NCBI GenBank assembly: GCA_021841025.1
Contig: JAKBWA010000107.1
Coordinates: forward strand, 22,674-86,673
Length of the DNA: 64,000 nucleotides
Direction of reading: 5' to 3'
DNA from: Bacillota bacterium
GTDB lineage: Bacteria > Bacillota > Sulfobacillia > Sulfobacillales > Sulfobacillaceae
This document shows positions 37,738-48,173 of this stretch, piece after piece. A program made the translations under genes and the position numbers. Numbering within the stretch: position 1 is the stretch's first letter; every line of letters starts with the position of its first letter. A model generated the notes under the pieces. That model was not told the DNA's origin. It saw only the letters and a list, made by a program, of their open reading frames with translations, and made no database searches.

Positions 37738-39034
37738 TAAGGATGAAACTGGGTGGCTTATTAAAGACGTGCGCGTTATTGATCCGTTTCGGAACGTGGA
37801 CAGCATCGAGGATGTCTGTGTGGACGGAGACAAAATTGGCTCGGCGTCAGAACGCAAGGACTATGTGCCAGTGGACGGACAAGGACTTTGGCTCGTTCCG
37901 CGACTTATAGACATGCATGTTCATTTTCGCGAACCGGGATTCGAAAATAAAGAGGATCTGCAATCGGGGAGCCGCGCTGCTGCGGCTGGAGGATTTACGG
38001 CCGTGTGTACCATGCCGAATACTCATCCGGTTATAGATATTCCCAGCCTCATCCAATGGCAACAGGATCAGGCGAAAAACATGGGACTTGTGCATATATT
38101 CCCTATTGGCGCCATTTCTAAAGGGCAGCAAGGGCAAGAACTGGCCGATCTTTACCAAATGACTCGGGCTGGTGCGGTCGGCTTTTCGGATGATGGGCAT
38201 GCCGTAATGGATGCGCGGCTTATGCGGGCTGCTCTTAGCTATTCGACAACGCTTGGCCGCCCCATCATACAGCATGCGGAAGACCACGAATTGACGGCTG
38301 GCGGGGTGATGCATGAAGGGTCTATTTCTCAACAAATGGGGCTGGGTGGAATCCCGGAAGAAGCCGAATCGGTTATGGTGTGGCGCGATGTTGAGCTGGC
38401 CGGACTGACTGGGGGAATTCTTCATGTGGCTCATGTCTCAGCTCCGGGTTCTTTAGAGGCCCTGGAGTATGCTAAACGCCGCAATCTCAGAGTCACGGCT
38501 GAGGTGTCCCCGCATCACTTGTTATTAACCGATGCGGCGATTCGGGAATGGAACTTTAATCCTGTGACCAAAGTGAACCCGCCTTTAAGGACTGAGGGCA
38601 CCCGGCAATTGCTGATTCAAGCGGTAAGACAAGGACTGATTCCCGTTATTGCTTCCGACCATGCCCCCCATCACCAGGACGAGAAAGAGCTGCCGTATGA
38701 TGAGGCGCCCTTTGGCATTAGTGGTCTGGAGACCTTTATCGGCGCCATCTTCAGTGTGTTTATGGTAGATGGTCTTATCAGTCCTTTAGATTTGTTTCGC
38801 CGTGTAACTGTTGGCCCGCATAAGGTGTTGGGCATACATTATCCGGGATTGACACCGGGCGCTCCCGCAGATTTTACGCTCATTGATCCGCAAATGAGAT
38901 GGGTTGTTGATGGAAAAAAATTTTACTCTCGTGGGAAAAATACCCCCTTACAAGGCACCCGCCTTCAAGGACGTTCTGTCGCCACAATGGTAAATGGAGA
39001 GTGGACCATGAGAGACCAGGAGGTGCTCAAATGA
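37730..39034 (+). CDS. pyrC: Dihydroorotase
   Basis: DMHVHFREPG, CTMPNT, KVNPPLR, ASDHAPH. Confidence 0.95.
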   Translation: MSSKDETGWLIKDVRVIDPFRNVDSIEDVCVDGDKIGSASERKDYVPVDGQGLWLVPRLIDMHVHFREPGFENKEDLQSGSRAAAAGGFTAVCTMPNTHPVIDIPSLIQWQQDQAKNMGLVHIFPIGAISKGQQGQELADLYQMTRAGAVGFSDDGHAVMDARLMRAALSYSTTLGRPIIQHAEDHELTAGGVMHEGSISQQMGLGGIPEEAESVMVWRDVELAGLTGGILHVAHVSAPGSLEALEYAKRRNLRVTAEVSPHHLLLTDAAIREWNFNPVTKVNPPLRTEGTRQLLIQAVRQGLIPVIASDHAPHHQDEKELPYDEAPFGISGLETFIGAIFSVFMVDGLISPLDLFRRVTVGPHKVLGIHYPGLTPGAPADFTLIDPQMRWVVDGKKFYSRGKNTPLQGTRLQGRSVATMVNGEWTMRDQEVLK

Positions 39035-40113
39035 GAGGCGCATTGTTTTTTGAAGATGGCATGCGTTTTGAGGGGAACTTAATCGGTGACACCAGCAAAA
39101 TCGCTGCAGGGGAAGTTGTATTTAATACAGCCATGACGGGTTATCAAGAAATTTTGACTGACCCTTCCTACTTTGGTCAAATTGTGGTCCTCACCTATCC
39201 CTTGATAGGAAATTACGGAACCTTTTCCGAAGCGGCGGAATCATTGTTTTTGTGGGCTGAAGCGGTAGTCGTTAAACAAGATGCCCCGATACCATCCCAT
39301 TTTGGAGGATCCGAAGATTTTGATGCGTATCTGAAACGTTATCACAAATGCGGACTGGCTGATGTGGATACCCGGAAGTTGACTTTGCACATACGAAGAA
39401 GCGGAACGCAGCATGCCGTGCTGGGACCGGTGGACCTCTCAGAGGCTGCGCGATTACAGGCTTTGAGTGAGATTGATCTTTCTCAGAGTGTCTTTCAAGT
39501 CACAACGCCTAAGCCCTATACCATTGGAGAAGACGGACCAAATATTGTGGTGATTGATTATGGGGCCAAAAATTCCATCATGGCCCAACTCGTCCAACGT
39601 CATTTCCGGGTAACGGTCGTGCCGGCAACAATAACCGTGGAGGAATTGACTGATTATCGCCCGGACGGTGTAGTGTTATCCAATGGCCCTGGGAATCCTC
39701 GTGATTTTGAAATGCTGTTAGGACCCGTACGCTACGCTATCGACCATTATCCCACTTTAGGAATCTGTTTAGGCCATCAATTGATCGGGCTAGCGGAGAG
39801 GGCTTCCACTTATCCACTTAAGTTCGGTCACCACGGAGCTAATCACCCCTTAGTGGATCATATTACGGGAAAAGTATTAATTACGTCACAAAACCATGGC
39901 TATGCGGTGGACCCTGGCCCTCTTCTTGATCAGTACCGCATTCGACTTACCAATCTACACGATCAGACCGTAGAGGGGTTTCAGCACATGGAAAAACCCG
40001 TCATCACCGTGCAGCATCATCCTGAAGCGGGGCCCGGTCCTTGGGATTCTCATTATTTGTTCGACGAATATGTTCAGATGGTCGTGCGACGAAAGGGGTT
40101 AACCGATGCCTAA
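39031..40113 (+). CDS. carA: Carbamoyl-phosphate synthase small subunit
   Basis: GEVVFNTAMTGYQE, SNGPGNP, GICLGHQ, QHHPEAGPGP. Confidence 0.97.
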   Translation: MRGALFFEDGMRFEGNLIGDTSKIAAGEVVFNTAMTGYQEILTDPSYFGQIVVLTYPLIGNYGTFSEAAESLFLWAEAVVVKQDAPIPSHFGGSEDFDAYLKRYHKCGLADVDTRKLTLHIRRSGTQHAVLGPVDLSEAARLQALSEIDLSQSVFQVTTPKPYTIGEDGPNIVVIDYGAKNSIMAQLVQRHFRVTVVPATITVEELTDYRPDGVVLSNGPGNPRDFEMLLGPVRYAIDHYPTLGICLGHQLIGLAERASTYPLKFGHHGANHPLVDHITGKVLITSQNHGYAVDPGPLLDQYRIRLTNLHDQTVEGFQHMEKPVITVQHHPEAGPGPWDSHYLFDEYVQMVVRRKGLTDA

Positions 40114-43100
40114 ACGAGGCGATATTCATAAGGTTTTGGTTATTGGATCAGGACCAATTATTATTGGCCAGGCTGCCGAATTCGATTATGCAGGTACCCA
40201 GGCCTGTCGGGCATTGCATGAAGAAGGGTTGGAAGTCGTGTTGGTGAACAGCAATCCGGCCACGATAATGACGGATCTGTCGGTAGCCGATATCGTTTAC
40301 ATTGAACCCTTAACCGTGTCCTTTCTCTCCTACATTCTGGGAAAAGAACGGCCGGATGGCGTGCTAGCCACATTGGGGGGCCAAATGGGGCTGAACTTGG
40401 CTTCCGAACTAGGAAGAACAGGCGTGTTGACGGATCTCGGAATTCCTCTCTTAGGCACACCTTTGTCAGCCATAAAATTGGCGGAGGACCGTGAAGAGTT
40501 TCGGAATTTAATGATCCGCTTGGACCATCCCATCGCCAGGAGCCGTACAGTCACCACGGTTGACGAGGGCATGGTGTTTGCCCAGGAGATCGGCTATCCT
40601 GTGGTGTTGCGCCCCGCGTACACCTTGGGAGGAACTGGTGGGGGATTTGCGTACAATGATCAGGAACTTTTGCAGCGACTGGCCCATGCATTGGCTTTAA
40701 GTCCCATTACTCAGGTGTTGGTAGAAGAATCGATTGCTGGATTTAAAGAAGTCGAATATGAAGTGATACGAGATCAAATCGGCAATACCATTACGGTATG
40801 TAATATGGAAAATTTGGATCCCGTGGGGATTCATACCGGGGACTCCATTGTGGTCGCGCCTAGTCAAACGCTGAGTGATTACGAATATCAAATGCTCCGT
40901 ACAGCGGCTATCGATATTGTTAACCACCTTGGAGTTGTCGGCGGGTGCAATGTTCAGTTTGCCCTTCATCCCGACGGCCGTTACCGGGTGATTGAAGTCA
41001 ATCCCAGAGTGTCCCGGTCCAGTGCGTTAGCCTCTAAAGCTACTGGCTATCCCATTGCCCGGATAGTCACCAAAATCGCTATAGGCCTTACATTGCCTGA
41101 AATTGCAAATCCGGTTACGGTCAACACAACCGCAGCATTTGAACCGGCTTTGGATTACGTGGTAGTGAAAATCCCGCGTTGGCCATTCGACAAATTTCCC
41201 ACTGCAGACAGGCAACTCGGAACGCAAATGAAAGCAACCGGGGAAGTTATGGCTATTGATAGGAATTTTGCCGGAGGGATACAAAAAGCCGTAAGGTCCT
41301 TGGATATCAAACGTATGTCGTTATATAGTCCTGAGTTGGCCCAAAGAACGGACATGGAGATTTGGGCGGGCATCGAAGTCCCTTCCGATGAACGGTTATT
41401 CTTCGTCGCTGAGGGTCTTAGAAGGAACTTTGGGGTACGGGAAATTGTTCACAGAACCGCCATTGATTCGTGGTTTGTGGAAGAGTTGGCAGCCATTGTT
41501 CGGGACGAAAAATGGATTGAGCAGCATCCGGACAACTGGACACAACGGGTGCGGGAACTAAAACAGAAAGGATTTTCCGACCAGCGTATTGCCGAGTTGA
41601 CCCATAAGTCGGCGGATGAGATTAGAGCCGAACGCATTAGGCTTGGCATTGTTCCGACTTACAAAATGGTCGATACGTGTGCTGGCGAATTTCCGGCCCA
41701 AACTCCTTACTATTACGGAACTTACGAAGAAGAAAGTGAAGCGGAGCCTCTGAAGGGACCAAAAATTTTGGTGATTGGGTCAGGCCCCATTCGAATCGGC
41801 CAGGGAATTGAATTTGACGCGGCCAGTGTTTATGCTCTGAATGCGCTGAAAAAGCTAAATTACCAGGCAATCATGGTCAACAACAATCCAGAGACTGTGT
41901 CCACAGACTTTAATGCCTCCGATCGGCTGTATTTTGAACCCATCACGCTAGAAGATGTTTTAAATATCATCGATTGGGAAAAACCGGACGGCGTCGTTGT
42001 CCAGTTCGGCGGACAAACCGCGATTAATTTGGCCGAATCCTTGACAAAGCATGGTGTAAGACTTATCGGAACAGACTTGAAGGGACTGCAAACGGCTGAG
42101 GACAGAGAACTATTCGACCGTATTGTGGAGCAACTAGGAATTAGACGACCGCCTGGACTGGCCGTAACCACCACCCAACAAGCTCTTGCAGCTGCCGAAA
42201 AAATTGGATTTCCATTGCTGGTCCGCCCTTCTTATGTATTGGGAGGTCGTGCCATGAGAATTGTGGAAGACTCCTCTCAACTCGAGCGTTATTTGAAAGA
42301 AAACCGTGAAATGGGAGTAGGCCAGCCACTATTGATGGACCGCTATTTGAGCGGTTTGGAATTGGAAGTTGACGTAGTCAGTGATGGTGAGCGTGTCCTG
42401 ATTCCAGCGGTGATGGAACATGTCGAACGTGCGGGAGTGCATTCCGGGGATTCGTTAGCTGTTCTTCCCCCGGTTCGAGCTCAGCAAACGGTTATCAACC
42501 AAGTGGTTGATATCTCCACTAAACTGTGTCGGGGACTTGGGGTTAAGGGACTCTTGAACATTCAGTTTGTGGCCGTCGAGAACGAAGTCTATGTTATTGA
42601 AGCGAATCCCAGGTCCAGCCGTACCGTTCCCTTTGTGATCAAGGCCACCGGTGTGCCTTTGGTAGATTTGGCCATAGAAGCCAGTATCGCCGGGCATTTC
42701 GATGGGCGTTGGGGTGAAGGACTCTTTGCCCCACCCGATCACTTTTCGGTAAAAATGCCGGTCTTCTCTTTTGCCAAACTGGGAAAGGTTGATGCGATAT
42801 TAGATCCCGAGATGAAGTCAACAGGAGAAGTCATGGGAATAGACCGCAATTTTTCCAGTGCATTGTATAAGGCCTTAATAGGTGGGGGGTTCCGCTTGCC
42901 GGCCCAAGGACGAATTTTGGCAACAATTGCCGATGCGGATAAAGAAGAAGCACTGCCCTATTTACGGGATCTTGCCGATATGGGATACCGGCTCTATGCG
43001 ACAGCAGGGACTTTAGCTATGCTGTCGGCTTACGGAATCCCTGCTACTCCAGTGTATAAGCTGCGCGACAGACGGCCTCACCTGGTTGATCTTATTCACC

Positions 43101-43318
43101 AAGGCCAATTTGACCTGGTTATCAATACCATTACCGTTGGAGGCGATCAAGAACGGGAAGGCTTCTTGATTCGCCGGGCTGCGGTCGAACAGGGAATCTT
43201 ATGTTTTACATCGTTGGACACTGTTCAAGCCGCCATTGAAGCGCTCAAAGGACGCCAGCGACAAACATTTTCAGTGCATCCACTCAATGAATGGTTGCGG
43301 GTAGGACAGGTGAGATAG
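40106..43318 (+). CDS. carB: Carbamoyl-phosphate synthase large subunit
   Basis: IGSGPIIIGQAAEFDY, duplicated ATP-grasp domains, IHTGDS and VHSGDS, C-terminal MGS domain. Confidence 0.98.
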   Translation: MPKRGDIHKVLVIGSGPIIIGQAAEFDYAGTQACRALHEEGLEVVLVNSNPATIMTDLSVADIVYIEPLTVSFLSYILGKERPDGVLATLGGQMGLNLASELGRTGVLTDLGIPLLGTPLSAIKLAEDREEFRNLMIRLDHPIARSRTVTTVDEGMVFAQEIGYPVVLRPAYTLGGTGGGFAYNDQELLQRLAHALALSPITQVLVEESIAGFKEVEYEVIRDQIGNTITVCNMENLDPVGIHTGDSIVVAPSQTLSDYEYQMLRTAAIDIVNHLGVVGGCNVQFALHPDGRYRVIEVNPRVSRSSALASKATGYPIARIVTKIAIGLTLPEIANPVTVNTTAAFEPALDYVVVKIPRWPFDKFPTADRQLGTQMKATGEVMAIDRNFAGGIQKAVRSLDIKRMSLYSPELAQRTDMEIWAGIEVPSDERLFFVAEGLRRNFGVREIVHRTAIDSWFVEELAAIVRDEKWIEQHPDNWTQRVRELKQKGFSDQRIAELTHKSADEIRAERIRLGIVPTYKMVDTCAGEFPAQTPYYYGTYEEESEAEPLKGPKILVIGSGPIRIGQGIEFDAASVYALNALKKLNYQAIMVNNNPETVSTDFNASDRLYFEPITLEDVLNIIDWEKPDGVVVQFGGQTAINLAESLTKHGVRLIGTDLKGLQTAEDRELFDRIVEQLGIRRPPGLAVTTTQQALAAAEKIGFPLLVRPSYVLGGRAMRIVEDSSQLERYLKENREMGVGQPLLMDRYLSGLELEVDVVSDGERVLIPAVMEHVERAGVHSGDSLAVLPPVRAQQTVINQVVDISTKLCRGLGVKGLLNIQFVAVENEVYVIEANPRSSRTVPFVIKATGVPLVDLAIEASIAGHFDGRWGEGLFAPPDHFSVKMPVFSFAKLGKVDAILDPEMKSTGEVMGIDRNFSSALYKALIGGGFRLPAQGRILATIADADKEEALPYLRDLADMGYRLYATAGTLAMLSAYGIPATPVYKLRDRRPHLVDLIHQGQFDLVINTITVGGDQEREGFLIRRAAVEQGILCFTSLDTVQAAIEALKGRQRQTFSVHPLNEWLRVGQVR

Positions 43319-43322
43319 CACG

Positions 43323-44099
43323 GTGGAAGACGAACAGAGATTAAGATGTCTTATAGTTGCGCGTACACTGCCTGCCCAAGGGCATGTCGAATTGATTGTT
43401 GAAAGCCAGGAATTGTCTAGGGCAATTCCTGGACAGTTCGCACACATTCTCACGCCAGGCATGCTGCGTCGGCCTATTTCCTTTTCCCGTATCGACCCGG
43501 GGCATGGTCTGAGTGGACTTCTGTTTCAAGTTGTGGGATCGGGAACAAAATGGTTGGCTGAGCGAAGCATAGGTGAAGTATTAGATGTATTGGGTCCATT
43601 GGGCCACGGTTTTCCTGCTCCTGATCCGAGGAAACCGTGGGCCTTGGTTGGCGGAGGCGTCGGTGTTCCCCCGCTTTATGCTGCCGCCGAGAAATGGGCA
43701 CAAACTCAGGCGCATACCCCCGAGGTCATCATCGGTGCTCGCAGGGGTGTGTGGGTGGTGATGGAGAATGATTTTCAGGATCTAGGCATTGAACCCAGGA
43801 TTATGACGGACGATGGCAGCAAAGGAGAGCCAGGAAATGTTTTGCACCCCCTATCCTTATGGCTCGATACTCATGTTCAGGCACAAGTTTATGCGTGTGG
43901 CCCCACTCCCATGCTGCAGGCTGTTCGTCGGATGACTTTGGGCCGTGCCACAACGTATCTGGCCCTGGAACAACGGATGGGTTGCGGAATAGGTGCATGT
44001 TTGGCTTGCGTGGTACCAACCGTGGGAGATTGTGGCATGTATTACCAAAGAGTCTGTACGGAGGGCCCGGTATTTAGAGCGGAGGAGCTGATGTGGTAA
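43323..44099 (+). CDS. pyrK: Dihydroorotate dehydrogenase electron-transfer subunit
   Basis: RRPISFS, GGGVGVPP, CGPTPM, MGCGIGACLAC...RVCTEGPVF. Confidence 0.95.
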   Translation: MEDEQRLRCLIVARTLPAQGHVELIVESQELSRAIPGQFAHILTPGMLRRPISFSRIDPGHGLSGLLFQVVGSGTKWLAERSIGEVLDVLGPLGHGFPAPDPRKPWALVGGGVGVPPLYAAAEKWAQTQAHTPEVIIGARRGVWVVMENDFQDLGIEPRIMTDDGSKGEPGNVLHPLSLWLDTHVQAQVYACGPTPMLQAVRRMTLGRATTYLALEQRMGCGIGACLACVVPTVGDCGMYYQRVCTEGPVFRAEELMW

Positions 44100-45037
44100 T
44101 GGATTTGCATGTGGAATTGCCGCGAGGATTAACACTCTCAAACCCCGTTATTGCTGCCTCAGGGACTTTTGGATTTGGTCCCGAATATAGTCAGTACGTT
44201 GACATCGGGGCTTTGGGAGGGGTCAGTGTGAAGGGGGTTTCGCCAGAACCATGGACCGGCAATCCTCCGCCCCGTGTTTGGGAAACTCCAATGGGTCTAT
44301 TGAACTCTATCGGACTGCAAAATCCGGGAGTCGAGGCTTTTATTGAGAAAGACTTGCCGTTTTTACGCCGATATCCCACGAAGGTCATTGTGAACATTAT
44401 TGGACACACCGTTGAGGAGTACCGACAAGTCGCGGCGCGTTTAAACCATTTGGCAGGTGTTCATGCTTTAGAAGTGAATATTTCTTGCCCGAACATCAAG
44501 CAGGGCGGAATGAGTTTTGGTCAGGATCCCGACCAGGCTTTCGCCGTGACACGCGCGGTCAGGGATGAAACAGAGCTGCCCGTCATGGTTAAATTGTCGC
44601 CCAATGTGACGTCGCCAGGAATCATTGCGCAAGCCATCGAAGCGGCCGGAGCCGACATGATCTCTGCGATCAACACAGTGCTCGGTCTTGCTATTGATAT
44701 AAACCTCAGACGTCCGGCTTTGGGCGGGATAACGGGAGGTCTGTCGGGACCGGCCATTAAACCTGTCGCACTGCGGATCGTTTATGAGGTGGCTCAACAG
44801 GTGAAGATTCCCATTATTGGTATGGGGGGCATTCAGGCCCCAGAGGATGTTCTCGAGTTTCTCATGGCCGGTGCCAGTGCAGTGATGGTGGGAACGATTA
44901 CCTTCCAGCACCCCGATCGTATGAATCATATTATAGATCAGTTGCCCGAAGTCATGGAGGGCCACGGCTTTTCATCACTGACGGAGGTGATTGGAGCCGC
45001 CTTGCCTGCTGCATCCACACCTTTAGAGAGGAGATGA
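44093..45037 (+). CDS. pyrD: Dihydroorotate dehydrogenase (family 1B)
   Basis: ASGTFG, NSIGLQNPG, EVNISCPN, KLSPN, GGLSGPAIKP. Confidence 0.96.
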   Translation: MVMDLHVELPRGLTLSNPVIAASGTFGFGPEYSQYVDIGALGGVSVKGVSPEPWTGNPPPRVWETPMGLLNSIGLQNPGVEAFIEKDLPFLRRYPTKVIVNIIGHTVEEYRQVAARLNHLAGVHALEVNISCPNIKQGGMSFGQDPDQAFAVTRAVRDETELPVMVKLSPNVTSPGIIAQAIEAAGADMISAINTVLGLAIDINLRRPALGGITGGLSGPAIKPVALRIVYEVAQQVKIPIIGMGGIQAPEDVLEFLMAGASAVMVGTITFQHPDRMNHIIDQLPEVMEGHGFSSLTEVIGAALPAASTPLERR

Positions 45038-45762
45038 ATGGATTGAATGCGAGGGGCAAGAGCGAAAAAGCCAGTCCTCGGCTTTGGATTGCACTGGATG
45101 TGCCAGATGAAGAAGCAGCAGAGTACTGGATGCGGACATTTCCCCAACACCGTCACTACAAGATAGGGATGGAGTTGTTTTATCAAATCGGGCCGCAACG
45201 CATGCGTGCCTGGATCGAAGAAAAAGAACTCGACATATTTTTGGATCTCAAGTTGCATGACATTCCGCGTACGGTGGCGCATGCCATCGCGCGTTTAGAC
45301 AAGCTCGGTGTGCGCCTGACCACTATTCATTTGGCGGGCGGTGTTGAAATGTGTGAAGCTGCTAAAGAAGCCAGCAGCACTATGGATATTGTCGGGGTCA
45401 GCGTATTAACGAGCCTCAGCGAAGAGGACCTTGCACGCATCGGGATTAATGACCCTTTGCCAGAACATATAAGGCGGCTAGTGGCACTGGCTCAGCAAGC
45501 AGAATTGCAAGGAGTGGTTGTCTCGGGACAGGAATTGCAGGAGGTTACGGCGATTTGGCCAGGGGCCCGGTTTGTTGTTCCAGGTATTCGGCGCCAACAA
45601 GAACCATCACAAGATCAAAAACGCGTGATCACGGCAAGTCAGGCGATGTTGTGGGGGGCAACAGATTTAGTGATTGGAAGAACTTTATTGCATGCAAGGA
45701 ATCCGCGGGGAGTTTACCAGGAATTTCAGAGATTGTTGCCGGAAGGGGAGATATTGTCATGA
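45034..45762 (+). CDS. pyrF: Orotidine-5'-phosphate decarboxylase
   Basis: IALD, KIG, FLDLKLHDIP, VLTS, PGIR, VIGR. Confidence 0.94.
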   Translation: MNGLNARGKSEKASPRLWIALDVPDEEAAEYWMRTFPQHRHYKIGMELFYQIGPQRMRAWIEEKELDIFLDLKLHDIPRTVAHAIARLDKLGVRLTTIHLAGGVEMCEAAKEASSTMDIVGVSVLTSLSEEDLARIGINDPLPEHIRRLVALAQQAELQGVVVSGQELQEVTAIWPGARFVVPGIRRQQEPSQDQKRVITASQAMLWGATDLVIGRTLLHARNPRGVYQEFQRLLPEGEILS

Positions 45763-46337
45763 AGGAACCTGGGACATTGGAAGACTTGCGGGATGTGGGA
45801 GCTTACCTCCAAGGTCATTTTCTTTTGACGACCGGAAGGCATAGCGACACTTTTTTCTTGTTGGCACGATTAACCGAACGTCCAAAACGCCTCAGACCCT
45901 GGGTTGAGACGCTCCAGGAAAATATGAAAAATATTGATGCTCATACGATTGTAGGCCCTGCTATGGGCGGAATTATACCAAGTTATGCTTTAGCTTCGTT
46001 AAGAGATGACGCTCGTGTGGTATTTGCGGAAAAGAGTGAAACGGGAACCATGGTGTTTCGCAGAGGATTTCGGTTGGAGCGTGGAGAACGGGTGATTATC
46101 GTTGAAGATGCGATGACCACAGGGAGTTCCATTTTGAAGGTTATGGACGCGGTATTGCGCCAAGGAGCTCAAGTGTCGGCCGTGGGAGTGCTGGTTAATC
46201 GTTCGTTTGACGGGAAGGTACCTTGGCAAGGAATACCGTTCTTTTCTGTTCTGGACGTTCCCGAAATTGAAACTTGGATGCCAGAGGATTGCCCTTTATG
46301 CCAACAGGGTGTACCGTTAAGTGTTCCCAAAGAATAG
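45759..46337 (+). CDS. pyrE: Orotate phosphoribosyltransferase
   Basis: GHFLLTTGRHS, GPAMGGI, IIVEDAMTTGSS; ATGA overlap with pyrF. Confidence 0.94.
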   Translation: MKEPGTLEDLRDVGAYLQGHFLLTTGRHSDTFFLLARLTERPKRLRPWVETLQENMKNIDAHTIVGPAMGGIIPSYALASLRDDARVVFAEKSETGTMVFRRGFRLERGERVIIVEDAMTTGSSILKVMDAVLRQGAQVSAVGVLVNRSFDGKVPWQGIPFFSVLDVPEIETWMPEDCPLCQQGVPLSVPKE

Positions 46338-46347
46338 GCGTGCTAAG

Positions 46348-46395
46348 CTGTCCTGAGGATGGTCCCTTCAGTTCAAGGAACCATCCTCAGGACAG
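46348..46395. terminator. Long inverted repeat between convergent pyrE and rqcH
   Basis: 16-bp perfect stem CTGTCCTGAGGATGGT/ACCATCCTCAGGACAG; no clear U-tract on either strand. Confidence 0.55.
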
Positions 46396-46409
46396 ACAAG
46401 TCCCTGGCT

Positions 46410-47993
46410 TTAATCCAGTAATTTGTCTCGGGTCGCCCCGAGGCGTCTGAGTCTATCTTCATCAGGTGTCACATAAAGGGTTTTTTCCCGTTCATATAGA
46501 ACTTGAGCGGCTTCGGCGTGAGGTTTTTTGCGCACAAATTTTCTTTTGGTGTAATCTACGGCGACCGTGGAAGAATGTTTAGCGGGGCTGTAGTAAGCAG
46601 CAAGATGAGCCGCATCCAGCAGATCTTCAAGGTTGGCCTGATTTTTTCCTGTGCGTAACACAACGTGGGAACCGGATGTTTGTTTAACATGAAACCATAG
46701 ATCATCAGGGCGAGCTATGCGCATAGTCAATTCTTGATTTTCGTCCCGATTTCTTCCCACGAAAATGTCAAAGCCCCCCGTGCTTACAAAACGCCGGAAT
46801 GGCAAATTGCTGTTTCCCTTTGTTGCTTGAGACAGCGTTAATTGTTTGAGTTCCTTGCGGTAATAGTCGATGGGATGGGCCTCTTTTGCTCTGCTCAAAG
46901 TGTCTTCTGCGTGGTCCAATTCTTTTGAGAGCACTTGAATTAAGCGGTTACTCGCGATCACACGGTTTTTAATGCGTTTGTACTGATGATAGCATTCTTG
47001 GGCCATTTCCGGCGGTGTTTTTCCTTCAGACAATGACAGAGTAATCGTGCGCGAAGGATCTGACAAAGCAGGCACTTCAGTTTCTACGCGGGTTCTAAAG
47101 CGATATTGATAAGCCAGCCACAAATTGCCTTGTTCTTTCCATGCCTCACTATCTTCTTGGGCCATGATCTCGGCATCGGCCAACTTTCGCCGGAGATGAC
47201 GCACGCGGTCTTGCCAGTAAGCAACAAGTTGATTTTGCAGGCCTGTTCTAAGGCGTTCGCGTTCTTTAGTCCAGAATATCTCGTCAAGCACAGTATCGGG
47301 AGTGATCGTGGGCTCAAAATGGAATCCAGGGACAGGAAAAACCCACAGATCAGTGAGCTGATCCCTCTGCAATTTATAGAACGACAAAGAGGAGGTTTTA
47401 TATTGCCGACACAGAGTGTCGAGAACCACTGCTTCAGAAATGGGCAGGAGTTGCCGGACTTGCGGCGACAAATCACGATACTGGCGAGTGTGACAGGGAT
47501 GGGGCAGAGGTTCGGGCAAGCGGTAAGGTTGGCCTGGCCGAACGAGACGCGTTCGGTTTTTATCTTGGAAATGACGTAAAGACTCAAGAATGATGTGCTC
47601 ACGATTGATGACGATCATGTTAGTCACATTGCCTGTGAGTTCAATTACAAGATAACCGGGAGTAGCTTGGCCCCAGTCATCAGTCCAGCGAACAGCGAGC
47701 CACAAAATGCGGTCAAAGGACTGTGTAAAGACTTCATCAACGGTGAAGGGGATAAACCTGACAAACAACGGGTGAGTGGCCCGGGGCAAATCATAATTGT
47801 GTTGGGTTTCATGTATGCGCGCGAATCCTGGAGTAAATGCTATCAAAACGCGGATGTTCTTACGGTCGGCAGGGTTCCAGCCCTGCAAAATAACCCGGCT
47901 TTTGTCGGCCCACGCGGAGGTCACTTCCATGTTACGCCAGCGAATATTCCATTCGCGAGCTAATTGATCAAGTAAGAACGCGTCAAAAGGCAT
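46410..47993 (-). CDS. rqcH: NFACT/RqcH (FbpA-like) ribosome quality-control protein
   Basis: MPFD N-terminus, SFDRIL, ELTGNVTNM, VGRNRDENQELT, LWFHVKQTSGSHVV, AAYYS, VDYTKRKFVRK. Confidence 0.9.
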   Translation of the reverse strand: MPFDAFLLDQLAREWNIRWRNMEVTSAWADKSRVILQGWNPADRKNIRVLIAFTPGFARIHETQHNYDLPRATHPLFVRFIPFTVDEVFTQSFDRILWLAVRWTDDWGQATPGYLVIELTGNVTNMIVINREHIILESLRHFQDKNRTRLVRPGQPYRLPEPLPHPCHTRQYRDLSPQVRQLLPISEAVVLDTLCRQYKTSSLSFYKLQRDQLTDLWVFPVPGFHFEPTITPDTVLDEIFWTKERERLRTGLQNQLVAYWQDRVRHLRRKLADAEIMAQEDSEAWKEQGNLWLAYQYRFRTRVETEVPALSDPSRTITLSLSEGKTPPEMAQECYHQYKRIKNRVIASNRLIQVLSKELDHAEDTLSRAKEAHPIDYYRKELKQLTLSQATKGNSNLPFRRFVSTGGFDIFVGRNRDENQELTMRIARPDDLWFHVKQTSGSHVVLRTGKNQANLEDLLDAAHLAAYYSPAKHSSTVAVDYTKRKFVRKKPHAEAAQVLYEREKTLYVTPDEDRLRRLGATRDKLLD

Positions 47994-48173
47994 GCTAAAC
48001 CTCCGAAATTAACCTTTGGGAACCGAGGTTGTGATTTTAGTGAAGTCATTGATTGCATTTTACGATGTTGTCGTTCTCATGAAAAGAGTGACGTCTGAGT
48101 GTGGATTTATCTGCCTGAAGGTGGGATAATGTGTGATGAAATGAGAAATAATTCACAAGCGGAGGATGTGACC

